A stretch of DNA of 63,768 nt, the filler included, from Thermoplasmatota archaeon (GTDB taxonomy: Archaea; Thermoplasmatota; E2; JACPAO01; JAHFTW01), in the NCBI GenBank assembly GCA_041623215.1. It is 23 parts of 23 records of this genome, joined end to end, with 100 filler letters (N's around TTAATTAATTAA, not from the genome) between each part and the next. Parts side by side here need not be neighbours in the genome. Positions count along the whole stretch, not along the records: positions 49,308 to 51,688 come from JBFJXH010000199.1; positions 51,789 to 54,146 come from JBFJXH010000200.1; positions 54,247 to 56,602 come from JBFJXH010000201.1; positions 56,703 to 59,053 come from JBFJXH010000202.1; positions 59,154 to 61,464 come from JBFJXH010000203.1; 18 more parts are not named here. One strand, written 5' to 3'. The notes under the pieces are model-generated. The model had not been told where the DNA came from, made no database searches, and worked only from the letters and a program-made list of their open reading frames with translations. The translations under genes and the position numbers were made by a program. Each line of letters begins with the position of its first letter. Within the stretch, counting starts at the first letter, position 1. Shown here piece after piece: positions 49,878 through 59,833 of the stretch.

Positions 49878-50345
49878 GTGGACGAAGTGTCCCAGGATAC
49901 CGCCGCTGCGGATGACGACGCAAGCAAGCTGTTGCCCAACAGCGGGGAGGGCCGGCGCTTCGAGCGCCACGTCTTCGTCTGCGTCAGCGGCAAGACTTGC
50001 CCACGCGACACGGCTTGTGAAACCGTGGCGGCGAATCTCAAAGCACTCGTGAAGACCGAAGGCCTTCGGGACGTCGTGCGCGTCAACAAGGCAGGATGCC
50101 TGGGCCAATGCGGGCACGGGCCAGTCATGGTGGTGTACCCGGAGGGCGCCTGGTACGGACACTTGTCCGAGGCGGACGCCAGACGCGTGTGGGATGAGCA
50201 CATCGTGGGCGGACGCGTCGTAGAGGACCTGCAATTTCGCACCGCCTCGCCGGGCAACAACGTAGTGCCGCGCCGCGGCGACGGGTCGATCATGCGGGAA
50301 CACCCTGCTTACGATCCGTGCAATCGGTGCGTCCCTGAGGCGTGA
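49878..50345 (+). CDS. Thioredoxin-like [2Fe-2S] ferredoxin
   Basis: HVFVC...C, GCLGQCGHGPVMVVYPEG.WY. Confidence 0.9.
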   Translation: MDEVSQDTAAADDDASKLLPNSGEGRRFERHVFVCVSGKTCPRDTACETVAANLKALVKTEGLRDVVRVNKAGCLGQCGHGPVMVVYPEGAWYGHLSEADARRVWDEHIVGGRVVEDLQFRTASPGNNVVPRRGDGSIMREHPAYDPCNRCVPEA

Positions 50346-50347
50346 GT

Positions 50348-51688
50348 CTATTCGATGTAACGAAGCGCCTCGGCAGGGGGCGTACGGCCGGCTCGCACAA
50401 CGGGCAGCCAGGTCGCCAACAAGGCGACCGTCGTGCTGACGGCAAACAGGAGCGCCACTTCGCTCCACGGGATGATGTACGGGTACTGTAGTTCTCGGAT
50501 GATGGCGTACCACAGGCCGTACGTGACCAGCACGCTGGCTCCAAATCCGACGGCGGTGCCAACCAGCACGGTGCCCAGCACTTCCAGCAGGAAGATTCGC
50601 CGCACCTGGCGATTGGTGTAACCTAAGGCCCTCAGCATGCCAATTTCTTGCCGTCGCTCCAATACGCTGCGACTGGTGACGATGCCCAGGCTCAGCACAC
50701 CCACAATGAGCCCGAGGGCCAAGAAGAGCTTCATCGCCCCCAGAATTTGCCTGAAAGCCTCTTGCTCGTCCGCTACTTGGCGTTCCAATGCCACCGCATC
50801 GAGGCCTGCGTCACGGTGATTTTGCTCAAGCAGCTTGGCGGTTTCCTCATGATCGACGCCCGCTGCCAGCTTCCAAAGATAAAGTGAATCGATATTGGTG
50901 AACATGGCTTCAACGGTTGTTTTGGGAAGCCAGACGCCAGGGAAGTGGAATTGTTCTTGGATGCCAATAATGGTGAATTCTCGGACGCCGTCCCCGAAGT
51001 GAATCTGGAGGGTTTCTCCCACTTCGTGCGAGAGGTCCTGATTCGCTTCGTTGGTGGAGTATTGGTAAGCGACAATGATGGCATCGTCGCGGTCGAACAG
51101 CGCCTTGTAAGCCGCTTGGTCATCCTCATATTCGTCGAGCCTCCAGAGAAGTCTGAGTTCTTGGTCGGCCGCAAACGCCTCGTCGATGCCGTAGACATGG
51201 TGCTCAGGCGGGCCAAATTGTCCCGTGCGCTCGCCGCTTACCGTGATGAATCCCGGGAAGAAGGTGTCGTAATCCAAGACGTGGTGCCGGGATGCGATGG
51301 CGCTGGCGGGAACTAAGCCCCGGTCGAAATCGTCCAGGTTCGGTACTTCCAACGTGGTGCGGCCTTCAATGTGAAATCCGCCGGTCTGGCTTGTCACGTC
51401 TGTTTGGAAAAGGGCGCCAAAGATGCTGAAGAAGCCGATGGCCAAGATGACGATGCTGAAGATGGCGAGCGTCATGCCGGTGCGGAATCGGCGGTGCAGG
51501 GGGTAGCTGACGGCGGGAATCGCCACTGGCCGGAGGCGTGGCACAAGCATCAGAGCTCGGCCAACGGCCCGTGTGGCTCTTTCCCAATGCACGACAAGGA
51601 CCACCAGGCAGAGGGTCATGAGGACGCCTCGGACTGGCCCAACAATGTTGGCCTCCTCGATGTTTTTGTATTCCGTTATGAGGAAGTA
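50348..51688 (-). CDS. FtsX/MacB-like ABC transporter permease (5' truncated)
   Basis: RTGMTLAIFS; RSVLERRQEIGMLRALG; P.EALRY. Confidence 0.9.
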   Translation of the reverse strand, partial: YFLITEYKNIEEANIVGPVRGVLMTLCLVVLVVHWERATRAVGRALMLVPRLRPVAIPAVSYPLHRRFRTGMTLAIFSIVILAIGFFSIFGALFQTDVTSQTGGFHIEGRTTLEVPNLDDFDRGLVPASAIASRHHVLDYDTFFPGFITVSGERTGQFGPPEHHVYGIDEAFAADQELRLLWRLDEYEDDQAAYKALFDRDDAIIVAYQYSTNEANQDLSHEVGETLQIHFGDGVREFTIIGIQEQFHFPGVWLPKTTVEAMFTNIDSLYLWKLAAGVDHEETAKLLEQNHRDAGLDAVALERQVADEQEAFRQILGAMKLFLALGLIVGVLSLGIVTSRSVLERRQEIGMLRALGYTNRQVRRIFLLEVLGTVLVGTAVGFGASVLVTYGLWYAIIRELQYPYIIPWSEVALLFAVSTTVALLATWLPVVRAGRTPPAEALRYIE

Positions 51689-51789
51689 NNNNNNNNNNNN
51701 NNNNNNNNNNNNNNNNNNNNNNNNNNNNNNNNTTAATTAATTAANNNNNNNNNNNNNNNNNNNNNNNNNNNNNNNNNNNNNNNNNNNNA

Positions 51790-51984
51790 GCCGGCGAACA
51801 CGACGAAGGTGCCGCCCTGGATTTGGAGCCGTACCGCTGGTACTTCGACCTCCGTCGTTATGGCTCCGTGCCTCACGCTGGCTTCGGCCTTGGCATTGAA
51901 CGCCTCTTGCGGTGGTTCACGGGCCAGGAGCACATCCGCGACATGCTGCCCTACCCCCGCACACCCAACCGGGCCTACCCCTGA
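51790..51984 (+). CDS. asnS: Asparagine--tRNA ligase, C-terminal fragment (not in ORF track)
   Basis: [28 protein letters not shown]....HIRD..PYPR. Confidence 0.9.
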   Translation, partial: AGEHDEGAALDLEPYRWYFDLRRYGSVPHAGFGLGIERLLRWFTGQEHIRDMLPYPRTPNRAYP

Positions 51985-52370
51985 TGGCCCGAAAACCGAT
52001 GCAAAAGGCTCGCCAAGGCATGTCCGTGTCGGACGAACAGGTAGCCACCTACACCGCAGCGATGGGCTTTCTCGTCGCCGAATGGGCTGGCGCTCTCCTG
52101 ATGGTCGCCAGCTTCACCCAACTCTACGCGTACGGGTTGCGGCCGGGCGCTAACGTGACCCTGAGCCTGGTGGTCGGTGGCGTGCTTTTACTTGCGGGGT
52201 CGTTCATGTATTGGACCAACCGGCGTAACTACCTGGCCATGGAGTTTCCATGGCGACGCCGCTGGGAGGTGACGGCGACCATTTTCGCCGCCGCCGGTGC
52301 TGTGTTCTGGTTCCTGTTCATCATGGCCGCCGTGCTGGTTTGGCGCGGCGTGCCCGCGTTTGGCTCGTAG
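51984..52370 (+). CDS. Hypothetical 3-TM membrane protein
   Basis: TGATG-coupled to asnS; hydrophobic helices. Confidence 0.65.
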   Translation: MARKPMQKARQGMSVSDEQVATYTAAMGFLVAEWAGALLMVASFTQLYAYGLRPGANVTLSLVVGGVLLLAGSFMYWTNRRNYLAMEFPWRRRWEVTATIFAAAGAVFWFLFIMAAVLVWRGVPAFGS

Positions 52371-52401
52371 TCTGGGGCCCTGGTTTGGCTCGTGGACGAG
52401 T

Positions 52402-53292
52402 TCAAGGGCCCTGCGGCGTCCAGCGGTACGATTGTGCATTGTCCGTCCACCACATGGCCTGGCCCTCGCCGACAACTCGCTCGCTGAAGGGTGAGTTGGG
52501 GGCGTCCAATGCCAATGTGCTTTGACCCAGCGCCGTGCGAGCATCAGCAAAGACATCGATGTCCAGCACGCCCACAACCTGCTTGCCGTCGGTGGCGAAG
52601 TATCGCACTAGATACGAATCGGCTGTGGGTGCGAAATCGGCGCCGCTGGACTGGACGGCCACCTGCAGTTCGTAGGATGTGCCGGCGTCGCTTGCGCCGG
52701 TTCCAAGCCAAGCTTGCGCAAGGGGAGATGTGGCATGCTCCTGCGAGCGCTCCGCCCAGGCCGTGGTTTTGAATCCAAGATTGCTGAAGAAGTCTGCAAT
52801 GCCGTTGCCAGCGATGATTTCCAGAACTACCCAGCCATAACCGGCTGCTTCTGATTCATCAGTAGCTTCGGCGCGGGCGGCCAGATAGAAGAGAAAGGCG
52901 TCCGTGTCCGTGACTGATTCCTCGTCGATCGTCGTTGTCTGGCAAGTCCACGACTTGACGGCGAACGTGGCACCGTCCTCGCGCCGCACGGGCGTAAATC
53001 CCTCCGGCATGTGCTCTTGAGCGAACGCCAGGGGTACGGTGTGGAACGAGTAGTGGCTTGCACAGCCCGATTGCAGCATGACTGGGGGGTCGGGTAGCGG
53101 AGGAGTGGTCGCCTCGGCGGCAGCCTCCGTGAGGCCAGGGCTTGGGTCAGCGGCGCCGGCCGGGTCCGCACGGTCGTCGTCAGCGTCGTGGGTCGGACCT
53201 GACGCCGACGAATCGGTGGGGGCGGGGGCGTCGGAGCCAAGGCACCCGGCGATGGCAATCACAAGCAAGAGGCCGATGCTAATGAGGCGCAT
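52402..53292 (-). CDS. Lipoprotein, unknown function
   Basis: IAGC lipobox, acidic/Pro linker, 2-Cys domain. Confidence 0.72.
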   Translation of the reverse strand: MRLISIGLLLVIAIAGCLGSDAPAPTDSSASGPTHDADDDRADPAGAADPSPGLTEAAAEATTPPLPDPPVMLQSGCASHYSFHTVPLAFAQEHMPEGFTPVRREDGATFAVKSWTCQTTTIDEESVTDTDAFLFYLAARAEATDESEAAGYGWVVLEIIAGNGIADFFSNLGFKTTAWAERSQEHATSPLAQAWLGTGASDAGTSYELQVAVQSSGADFAPTADSYLVRYFATDGKQVVGVLDIDVFADARTALGQSTLALDAPNSPFSERVVGEGQAMWWTDNAQSYRWTPQGP

Positions 53293-53448
53293 GCCCAAAG
53301 CCTGGTTGCCCGGCATAACATGATTTTGGTGGCGTTCTCGTTGTGCGCCTGGACGCTCGCCCGTGGCAAGCACGATGAAGGCGTGTCGGGCCGCGCATTT
53401 GCGCTTGGCGACGGCAAAGCTTTCCCGGCCACCCGTGGCGTGGGGTGC

Positions 53449-54146
53449 ATGATTCGTGTCGTCGTTGTTTCGCTTGTGCTCCTAAGCTCCTTGGCGGGAT
53501 GTCTTGGCGATGGCGATGCAGCCTCGGATGCCGTGGCGCCCGCTGAGACTGGGGCAACCACCGGGGATGGCGGCCAATCGGCCACGCAAAGCCCGCCAGT
53601 GGCGGAGGAGCCGACGCAGGACCCCGTAGATTCGATGGTCACGGTGGATGCTATTGGCTACGTGCCGTACATGGAGTCCACCTTGGGTGGCCATCTCGAA
53701 GTCCGCATTGATGGTGGAGCGTGGGGGACGTCGGGCTCGCTGCACACGACGGTTGAGGGGGTAACGCATCCGGGAGACAATTCGCTCCTGACGCTGCCGC
53801 TTCCCGAGGGGGGCCACACGTTTGATGTGCGGTTTGTGGCTGACGACGAGCGCTTTCTGGGGCCGGATGAATGGCAGGGTCGGTGGACCCACCAGACGCC
53901 CGACGGCGTCCAGCATACGTCATGGTCGCCGCAAGCCAGCGTGCAAATCGTGCTTGACCGACCCGGTCCTTATTGGGTTGATTTGGTGTTGCAGGACCCA
54001 GAGCGGGGGATTCATGGGGTTTGGCAACTGGCCGGGGCCTGGAGTGCTTCTTGGAACGTGACGGGGACCATCGCGAATGATGTTCCTGGCACTGGCGCAA
54101 CGGCCAATCGCTTCCTAGTGCCGGCCGACGGCCCGCACCGGGTGTC
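53449..54146 (+). CDS. Lipoprotein N-terminal part (continues at 44094-44734)
   Basis: LAGC lipobox; 343-nt overlap with 44094-44436. Confidence 0.78.
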
Positions 54147-54246
54147 NNNNNNNNNNNNNNNNNNNNNNNNNNNNNNNNNNNNNNNNNNNNTTAATTAATT
54201 AANNNNNNNNNNNNNNNNNNNNNNNNNNNNNNNNNNNNNNNNNNNN

Positions 54247-55675
54247 CGGCGTCGGCGCCGGGCCAGTCACACTCGCCCGTGCAGACGTCAACGAGGGCGC
54301 TCCACACGCGGCCGGTGATGGGGTCAATGTCGATGTCGAAGAAATCGTACATGCCGCCGATGTCACCGTGGCAGCGGCCTTCGCAGCCACCACGCTTGAT
54401 GGGCTTGTCCAGTTCGTTGACGGTCGTGATGGCGAAGACGGGCTCGTCGCTGTCAGCGTTGAGACTGACGCCGATGTAGGCGTGCCACGTGGTGTGCAGC
54501 AACTCGTCCTCGTCGTCATGGGCGTCCCAGCCGCTTGGCGTGGTGGTCCCGACGTACTGGAAGGCGATGCGGCCTTCGGCGCCAGCAACGATGCTTGGCA
54601 ACTTGGTTGCGGTGACACCGGGTGCGGTGACGTTGATGGGTTCGCTCCAGGTGCGACCCTGGTCCTTGCTAATGACGAGGCAAGCGCCGGTGTCGTCTTC
54701 GCCGCACAGGTACAGGTAGTACGCGGTGCCGTTGGCGTCGGTGGCAATCATGGTGTCGTGGCTGCGGGTGCCGGGGTCCTCAGCGGGGGCGACGGTGACC
54801 ACTTCGAAGGTCAATCCGCCGTCGCGGCTGATGGCCACTTGGGGCACACCGCACGAAGCGCGGGGCAGGTAGACGGTGCCGTCGGCCCAGGACGCGTGAC
54901 CGTGGCCGGTCAAGCCGCCACAAAAGTCGAAGAAATTCTCGCCGCCGGTGCTCACGCCGGTGTAGGCGGGCACGCCATCAGCCCACGTGAGGCCACCGTC
55001 GCGGCTCGTGAAGCAGTGTGCTTCCGCGATGGCGTTGGTGCACAGGTAGACGTTGTTGGGGTACATGAGATTGGGCAGCCCCATCGTCGGGCCGGCGAAG
55101 ATGCTCGGGTGGTCGTTGACTGGCACACCGGGGCAGGTCATGTATTGGGTGGTCCACGTGTTGCCGTCGTTGTCGGACCAGCTAACGTGGTTGCAGGCAA
55201 CGTGGGGGCCCATGTCCAGGGCGAAGACGCGGCCGGTGGTGGGGTCAGCGTAGACGTACGGGTCGAAGCTGTACGGGTGGGCACGGCCCATGTTAGCCAG
55301 GTGGGGGCTGCGTTCAACCCAGGTTTCACCGGCGTCAATGCTGCGCATGAAGTACGTCTGGGGCAAGTTGCCCGTCTGGTCGAACTCGATGGCGGGGTAG
55401 AAGACGGCGTGGGTGCGCGTCACCGCAATGGTGGGCTCGCCACTCACGCGTTGGCTAGGCGTCACTTGGTCGAAGGTGGGCAGGTCGCCGCCGAAGGCGT
55501 CCACCGGCAAGGCATTGCCTTCGCCGTCCTGGACCCAGGTCATGCGGCCAGCGGCCGGCATCAAATCAAGATTGGAATCGGTCGTAGAATCAAGCGTCGT
55601 GGAGTCATCGTCGCCGTTCAAGCAGCCGGCCATGCCGACGCCCACGACGACGAGTGCCAAAAGGAGGCCTCGCAT
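54247..55675 (-). CDS. BNR/Asp-box (sialidase-like) lipoprotein (3' truncated)
   Basis: MAGC lipobox; SIDAGETW, SDNDGNTW, SRDGGLTW, SRDGGLTF, SKDQGRTW; TATAAA about 22 nt upstream. Confidence 0.88.
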
Positions 55676-55764
55676 GGTTTTGGCCCACCTGGGACCCTTT
55701 ATAGGCGTTATCGAAGGCCGACACCCGTGCACAAGAGGAAAACGGCTGTTGTTCCCGCTTCCGG

Positions 55765-56067
55765 CTAGTCCTCTTTGGCCGCAACCATGTGCTGCCCCAC
55801 CGCTTGCACGACCGCTTCCTTCGATTGGCCGTCCTCGGGCTTGGTCACGAGCACGCGGCCAACCACGCGGTACGGTCGCGCAGGGTCCTTGACTTCGTCA
55901 TCCGTTGTGGCAAAAAAGCCCGCCTTCCGGCAGGCACTGTAAATCCACTTGACATCTGGGTCTTTGACTGCGAAGCGGGCCGGCACGCGCCGCCCCTCGC
56001 CACGGCTCAGCTTCGCGTCAAAATAGCGCGGCCACAGGACGACGGTGTCGGCGCCCTTGCTGACCAT
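55765..56067 (-). CDS. srp19: Signal recognition particle 19 kDa protein
   Basis: LWP.YFDAKLSRGEGRRVP...AVKDP. Confidence 0.92.
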   Translation of the reverse strand: MVSKGADTVVLWPRYFDAKLSRGEGRRVPARFAVKDPDVKWIYSACRKAGFFATTDDEVKDPARPYRVVGRVLVTKPEDGQSKEAVVQAVGQHMVAAKED

Positions 56068-56075
56068 GCAATCGC

Positions 56076-56456
56076 CTACTCGACCAAGACGCCGTTGAGG
56101 GCGCCGTGCTGGCCGGGGCGGCTCGTCACGCGGGCCTTACCGAGGCCGGTCTCGACGATGGCGCCCTTGGTGATGATGTTCCGGCGCACGTAGTGAACGT
56201 TGGCCGAGTTTTCAGTCACGTTGGTCAAGTCGGTGACCTTGGTCTTGCCGCTCTTGGGGTCGGTGACGTTAATCTTGTTGGTCGCCATCACCTTCACCTT
56301 CTGGTTGGCGCCCTTGGTGCGAACCAGTTTCTGGGAGTGGTCGGCCACGTGCGCCTGGATGCGCTCGCGAGCAATCTCGCTGCGCTTCTTGCCGCGCGCG
56401 AGGATGAGGCGGCCACCGGTTGGCTTGCGACGGGATTCTCCTTGCCAAAGCGCCAT
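56076..56456 (-). CDS. rps8e: 30S ribosomal protein S8e
   Basis: MALWQG.SRRKPTGGR, RRNIITKGAIVET.LG.ARVTSRPGQHG. Confidence 0.98.
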   Translation of the reverse strand: MALWQGESRRKPTGGRLILARGKKRSEIARERIQAHVADHSQKLVRTKGANQKVKVMATNKINVTDPKSGKTKVTDLTNVTENSANVHYVRRNIITKGAIVETGLGKARVTSRPGQHGALNGVLVE

Positions 56457-56702
56457 AGTACGGTCTCCTGTAGAGAGGCCGCGCGAGATGGAGGGGGTAT
56501 ATGAGGCTTGAGGGGGGAGGCTCCGATGGGCTAGAGGTCGCCGGGGCGGTACACCACGACACCCATGGCGCCCGGTGATTGACTCGACCACGTCACCGCC
56601 AGNNNNNNNNNNNNNNNNNNNNNNNNNNNNNNNNNNNNNNNNNNNNTTAATTAATTAANNNNNNNNNNNNNNNNNNNNNNNNNNNNNNNNNNNNNNNNNN
56701 NN

Positions 56703-57277
56703 CCGAGCCTGGCAGCGACGTCTTGGTCCGCCACGTGGCAGATCCCGCTCGCAAGCTAAAGTGGACCTGGGAGCTGGTTCGTCCCCGGAACGGCACGTGT
56801 TGGGTGGGCTGCAACACGCACCGACCCAACCAAGTGGTGTGGTGGGCAATTGAGGCGGGGCTCGTTCCGGGTCTGTCCGGCGACCACGGCCTGCGCACCG
56901 AAGTGCCGTACGGTGCCGACGGGCGAAGCCGCATTGACTTGCTGCTTGGCAGCAAAGAGTCTGGATTGACCTATGTCGAGGTGAAGAACACGACGCTGGC
57001 GGACGGGGCCACGGCGCTGTTTCCTGATGCCGTGACGGCCCGCGGCGCCAAGCACATGCGCGAGTTGGCCCATGTTGTCACGGAGGGCCACGAAGCGGCG
57101 GTCATTTTCTTTGTCAACCGGGAGGATTGTGACGAATTTGATGTCGCTCGCGACATTGATTCTGCGTATGGCATGGCATTTGACGAAGCACGGGAAGCGG
57201 GCGTGCGCGCCATCGCACTTGGCATGGCCGTGGATGAGCGAGGGTGGGCTGTCCGGGGGACGCTGCCGGTTGCGTGA
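56703..57277 (+). CDS. sfsA: SfsA, C-terminal part (allelic overlap with 12833-13272)
   Basis: 440-nt overlap with 6 substitutions; completes the gene. Confidence 0.92.
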
Positions 57278-57280
57278 GGA

Positions 57281-57775
57281 CTACGCGTCGCCGTTCTTGC
57301 CCCATTGGGCCTGGGCGGAGAGTCGCTGCAAGTCCTTGATGACGCGGTTTGCATGTGTTAGCACATTGACGGCGCCGTAGGTCTTGGCGATTACCCCGTC
57401 AGGGTCAATCAGGTAGGTGCAACGCCGCACGGCGAAAGAGGTCCGCCCCAAGAGGCTCGTTCGCCACGCTTCGTAGAGGTCGTGCGCGTGCCCGTCGGGG
57501 TCGGCCAAGAGTTCGAAGGGCAAGTTGTGTTCTTTGGCAAAATTGCAGTGGCTCTCATGGTCATCCAAGCTTACGCCAACGACCACGGCGCCGTGTGCCG
57601 CGATATCGTCGTAAACGTCCCGAAAACGCTTGGCCTCTAGGGTACAGCCGGGGGTGTGGTCCTTGGGATAGAAGTACAGCACGATGGGGTTGCCGGATAG
57701 ACTGCTTAGCCGGACATCTGCGCCTTGTGCGTTCTTCAGTACGAAGTCTGGGGCGGCGTCGCCGGGCCGGAGCAC
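57281..57775 (-). CDS. bcp: Peroxiredoxin, BCP/PrxQ type
   Basis: LYFYPKDHTPGCTLEA; resolving Cys in SHCNF. Confidence 0.92.
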   Translation of the reverse strand: MLRPGDAAPDFVLKNAQGADVRLSSLSGNPIVLYFYPKDHTPGCTLEAKRFRDVYDDIAAHGAVVVGVSLDDHESHCNFAKEHNLPFELLADPDGHAHDLYEAWRTSLLGRTSFAVRRCTYLIDPDGVIAKTYGAVNVLTHANRVIKDLQRLSAQAQWGKNGDA

Positions 57776-57850
57776 AGCGCTTGAGCGGCGGCCTGGGACA
57801 AAGGGTTTTCCGGGTCCCCGTGGGCGGACGAACCATCAGGCTAGGGCGGG

Positions 57851-58297
57851 TTAGACCATCACCTGGAATTGTTGTTCCGTTTCGCCCTCGTATTCGTCCA
57901 TGAGGTGGACCTGAAGCACGTCCCCTTGTGGCACCGTTCCATCGGGGTGGGTGGTGACCGCGTGCAGAAACGCGCGGCGGGCTGGGGCCAGGGTGTCCAC
58001 GGGCCCTTCGAAGTCGGCCACCGCGTAGCGGCCGGCCGGCAGAATCTCGACGCGCAATTCGTCATCGCCTTCGAAGCCACAGGTAGCGCCAATCAACACA
58101 TCAATGGCGTCATCACCTCGGAAACGGAGCACCGAAGGGCCCCCGACCAATTCGTGCATGATCATGTGCTGATACATGGGTCTCCGGGTCGATTCGATGG
58201 TATCGGGGCCATCGTCGTGGCGGCGCACCGCGACTCGGCGCTCCGGCAAGTCCTCGAAGCGAATCTGCGTGGCGTCCACTTCCATCGCCTTGGTCAT
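57851..58297 (-). CDS. GyrI-like small-molecule-binding protein
   Basis: LPERRVAVRRH, LPAGRYAVADFEGP; TGATG-coupled to the upstream bcp. Confidence 0.7.
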   Translation of the reverse strand: MTKAMEVDATQIRFEDLPERRVAVRRHDDGPDTIESTRRPMYQHMIMHELVGGPSVLRFRGDDAIDVLIGATCGFEGDDELRVEILPAGRYAVADFEGPVDTLAPARRAFLHAVTTHPDGTVPQGDVLQVHLMDEYEGETEQQFQVMV

Positions 58298-58755
58298 CAG
58301 GCAGTCGCCGCAGCAAAATCAGCCAGAATCATGTCGGCGTGTTCGGCCGGCTTGACCTTCTTGTAGTGTTTCAGCACGGTGCCGTCGGCGCCGACGAGGA
58401 ATGTGTCCCGGCTAATGCCCATGAATGTCCGTCCGTACATTGACTTCTCTTTCCACACGTCAAAACGCTCCAGATCGTCTGGGTTGGCGGTCAGCAGCGG
58501 GAACGGCAAGTCGTACTTGTCGCGGAACTTGTTGTGCTTGTCGGAGTCGTCCTTGGACACACCATACACGGCCAGTCCTGCCGTGCGGAAATCACTCCAG
58601 GCGTCCCGGATGCCGCAGGCTTGCGTCGTGCACCCCGGTGTGTCGTCTTTGGGGTAGAAGTAGAGTACGAACGGCGTCCCACGAAGGGATTCGTTGGAGA
58701 CCACTTTGCCTTCCTGGTCGGGCCAGGAGAAGTCGGGGACCGGATTGCCTTCCAT
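58297..58755 (-). CDS. bcp: Peroxiredoxin BCP
   Basis: YFYPKDDTPGCTTQAC, VWKEKSMYGR.FMG. Confidence 0.93.
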   Translation of the reverse strand: MEGNPVPDFSWPDQEGKVVSNESLRGTPFVLYFYPKDDTPGCTTQACGIRDAWSDFRTAGLAVYGVSKDDSDKHNKFRDKYDLPFPLLTANPDDLERFDVWKEKSMYGRTFMGISRDTFLVGADGTVLKHYKKVKPAEHADMILADFAAATA

Positions 58756-58831
58756 GGCTGCTGGACGCCGGCCCCTTGCCTTAATGGCTTGCCGGCCCAT
58801 CGAGACGGACACGACGTGCTGTGACTCGTGA

Positions 58832-59053
58832 TTACGCGTACAAGTCCTTGCGGTCAAAGACGCGCCAGGCCAACAGCACCGCTCCCATGGCGAGGCCTGC
58901 ACTAACGGCGAGGTAGACGAGGTCCAGCGCACCGTGGTAGAGGTCACTGCGGTGCCAATAGCCATAGGGCGTTGCGTAGCGAAGCCAGTCGACGTCGGGT
59001 ACCAGACGGCTCAGGAGGTCTATCACGAATAGGCCGAACAAGCCACCCACGGC
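58832..59053 (-). CDS. ABC-2-type permease, C-terminal fragment
   Basis: WLRYATPYGY ... FDRKDL. Confidence 0.75.
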   Translation of the reverse strand, partial: AVGGLFGLFVIDLLSRLVPDVDWLRYATPYGYWHRSDLYHGALDLVYLAVSAGLAMGAVLLAWRVFDRKDLYA

Positions 59054-59153
59054 NNNNNNNNNNNNNNNNNNNNNNNNNNNNNNNNNNNNNNNNNNNNTTA
59101 ATTAATTAANNNNNNNNNNNNNNNNNNNNNNNNNNNNNNNNNNNNNNNNNNNN

Positions 59154-59711
59154 CCAGGTTTTCTTGAACAAACCGCCGCTTTTCTTGAGGCTGGAACCAA
59201 TCGATTCGTCCTCGAACAGTAGCACCGGGATCATGAAGAACGTGGCCAGGTTCCAGGCAATGCCTGCCAAGCCAGCCATCATCTGACCAACAAACCCGCT
59301 GCGCTCGCGAATGGCTTGCAGAATGACGTTGACCGTAGCAACAACGATGGACCACAAGAACAGTTTGCCCTTCTTGGCCCACGCCGCCTTGAGCGCCGAT
59401 CCGACAGTTGGGTCGCCGCCTGAAAGGCGCTCGTTGGCTGCGGCCACAACGGCTGCATTGAAGAACAGGCCAACAAAAGCCAGCAAGATGTAGAGAGCAG
59501 CGACAAGGAGCAAGCCAACCGGGTCGATTGCACCGTCGTCGGCAAAGATCTCCGGAAACACACCCAAGCCAAACCCGACGCCAAAGATGCTCAGAAGGAC
59601 AGCAATCGATGCAATCAGGGACAGCACCGGCATCCAAAGCAATTCCTTGTCTTGGCGCACAACAGTTAGACTCGTCTTGAACAAGGACCAGGAGCGGGCG
59701 AGGCGGCTCAT
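59154..59711 (-). CDS. DUF6159-like membrane protein (3' truncated)
   Basis: RSWSLFK.SL.V...DKEL, FFNAA, W..ATFF.IP...E, S..LFKKTW. Confidence 0.8.
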
Positions 59712-59802
59712 GCGTCCCATTCCATGCATCGTGGCTTAAGCATGACGCCCCGCTATGCGCGCTCAGTTGACCTGCCCATTTCCCCTGTCGGGGATGCCCT
59801 GT

Positions 59803-59810
59803 CTTATAAC
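59803..59810 (+). promoter_or_regulatory. Putative TATA box of the sdh operon
   Basis: CTTATAAC about 23 nt before ATG 59834. Confidence 0.55.
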
Positions 59811-59833
59811 CGGCATGCTCGTCCGCGGCGCCG

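Noticed and set aside
54368..55768. Long antisense ORFs (also 30662-32317, 4217-5185, 29440-30417, 11634-12533, 35220-36104)
   Set aside because: These are shadow ORFs produced by GC-rich codon bias opposite well-supported genes; they have no motifs.
55676..56602. SRP RNA next to rps8e/srp19
   Set aside because: The intergenic gaps are too short and no SRP helix-8 motif is visible.
56703..57277. sfsA gene duplication
   Set aside because: Both copies are truncated at contig ends and overlap with only 6 differences in 440 nt; a strain-variant assembly break is the simpler explanation.
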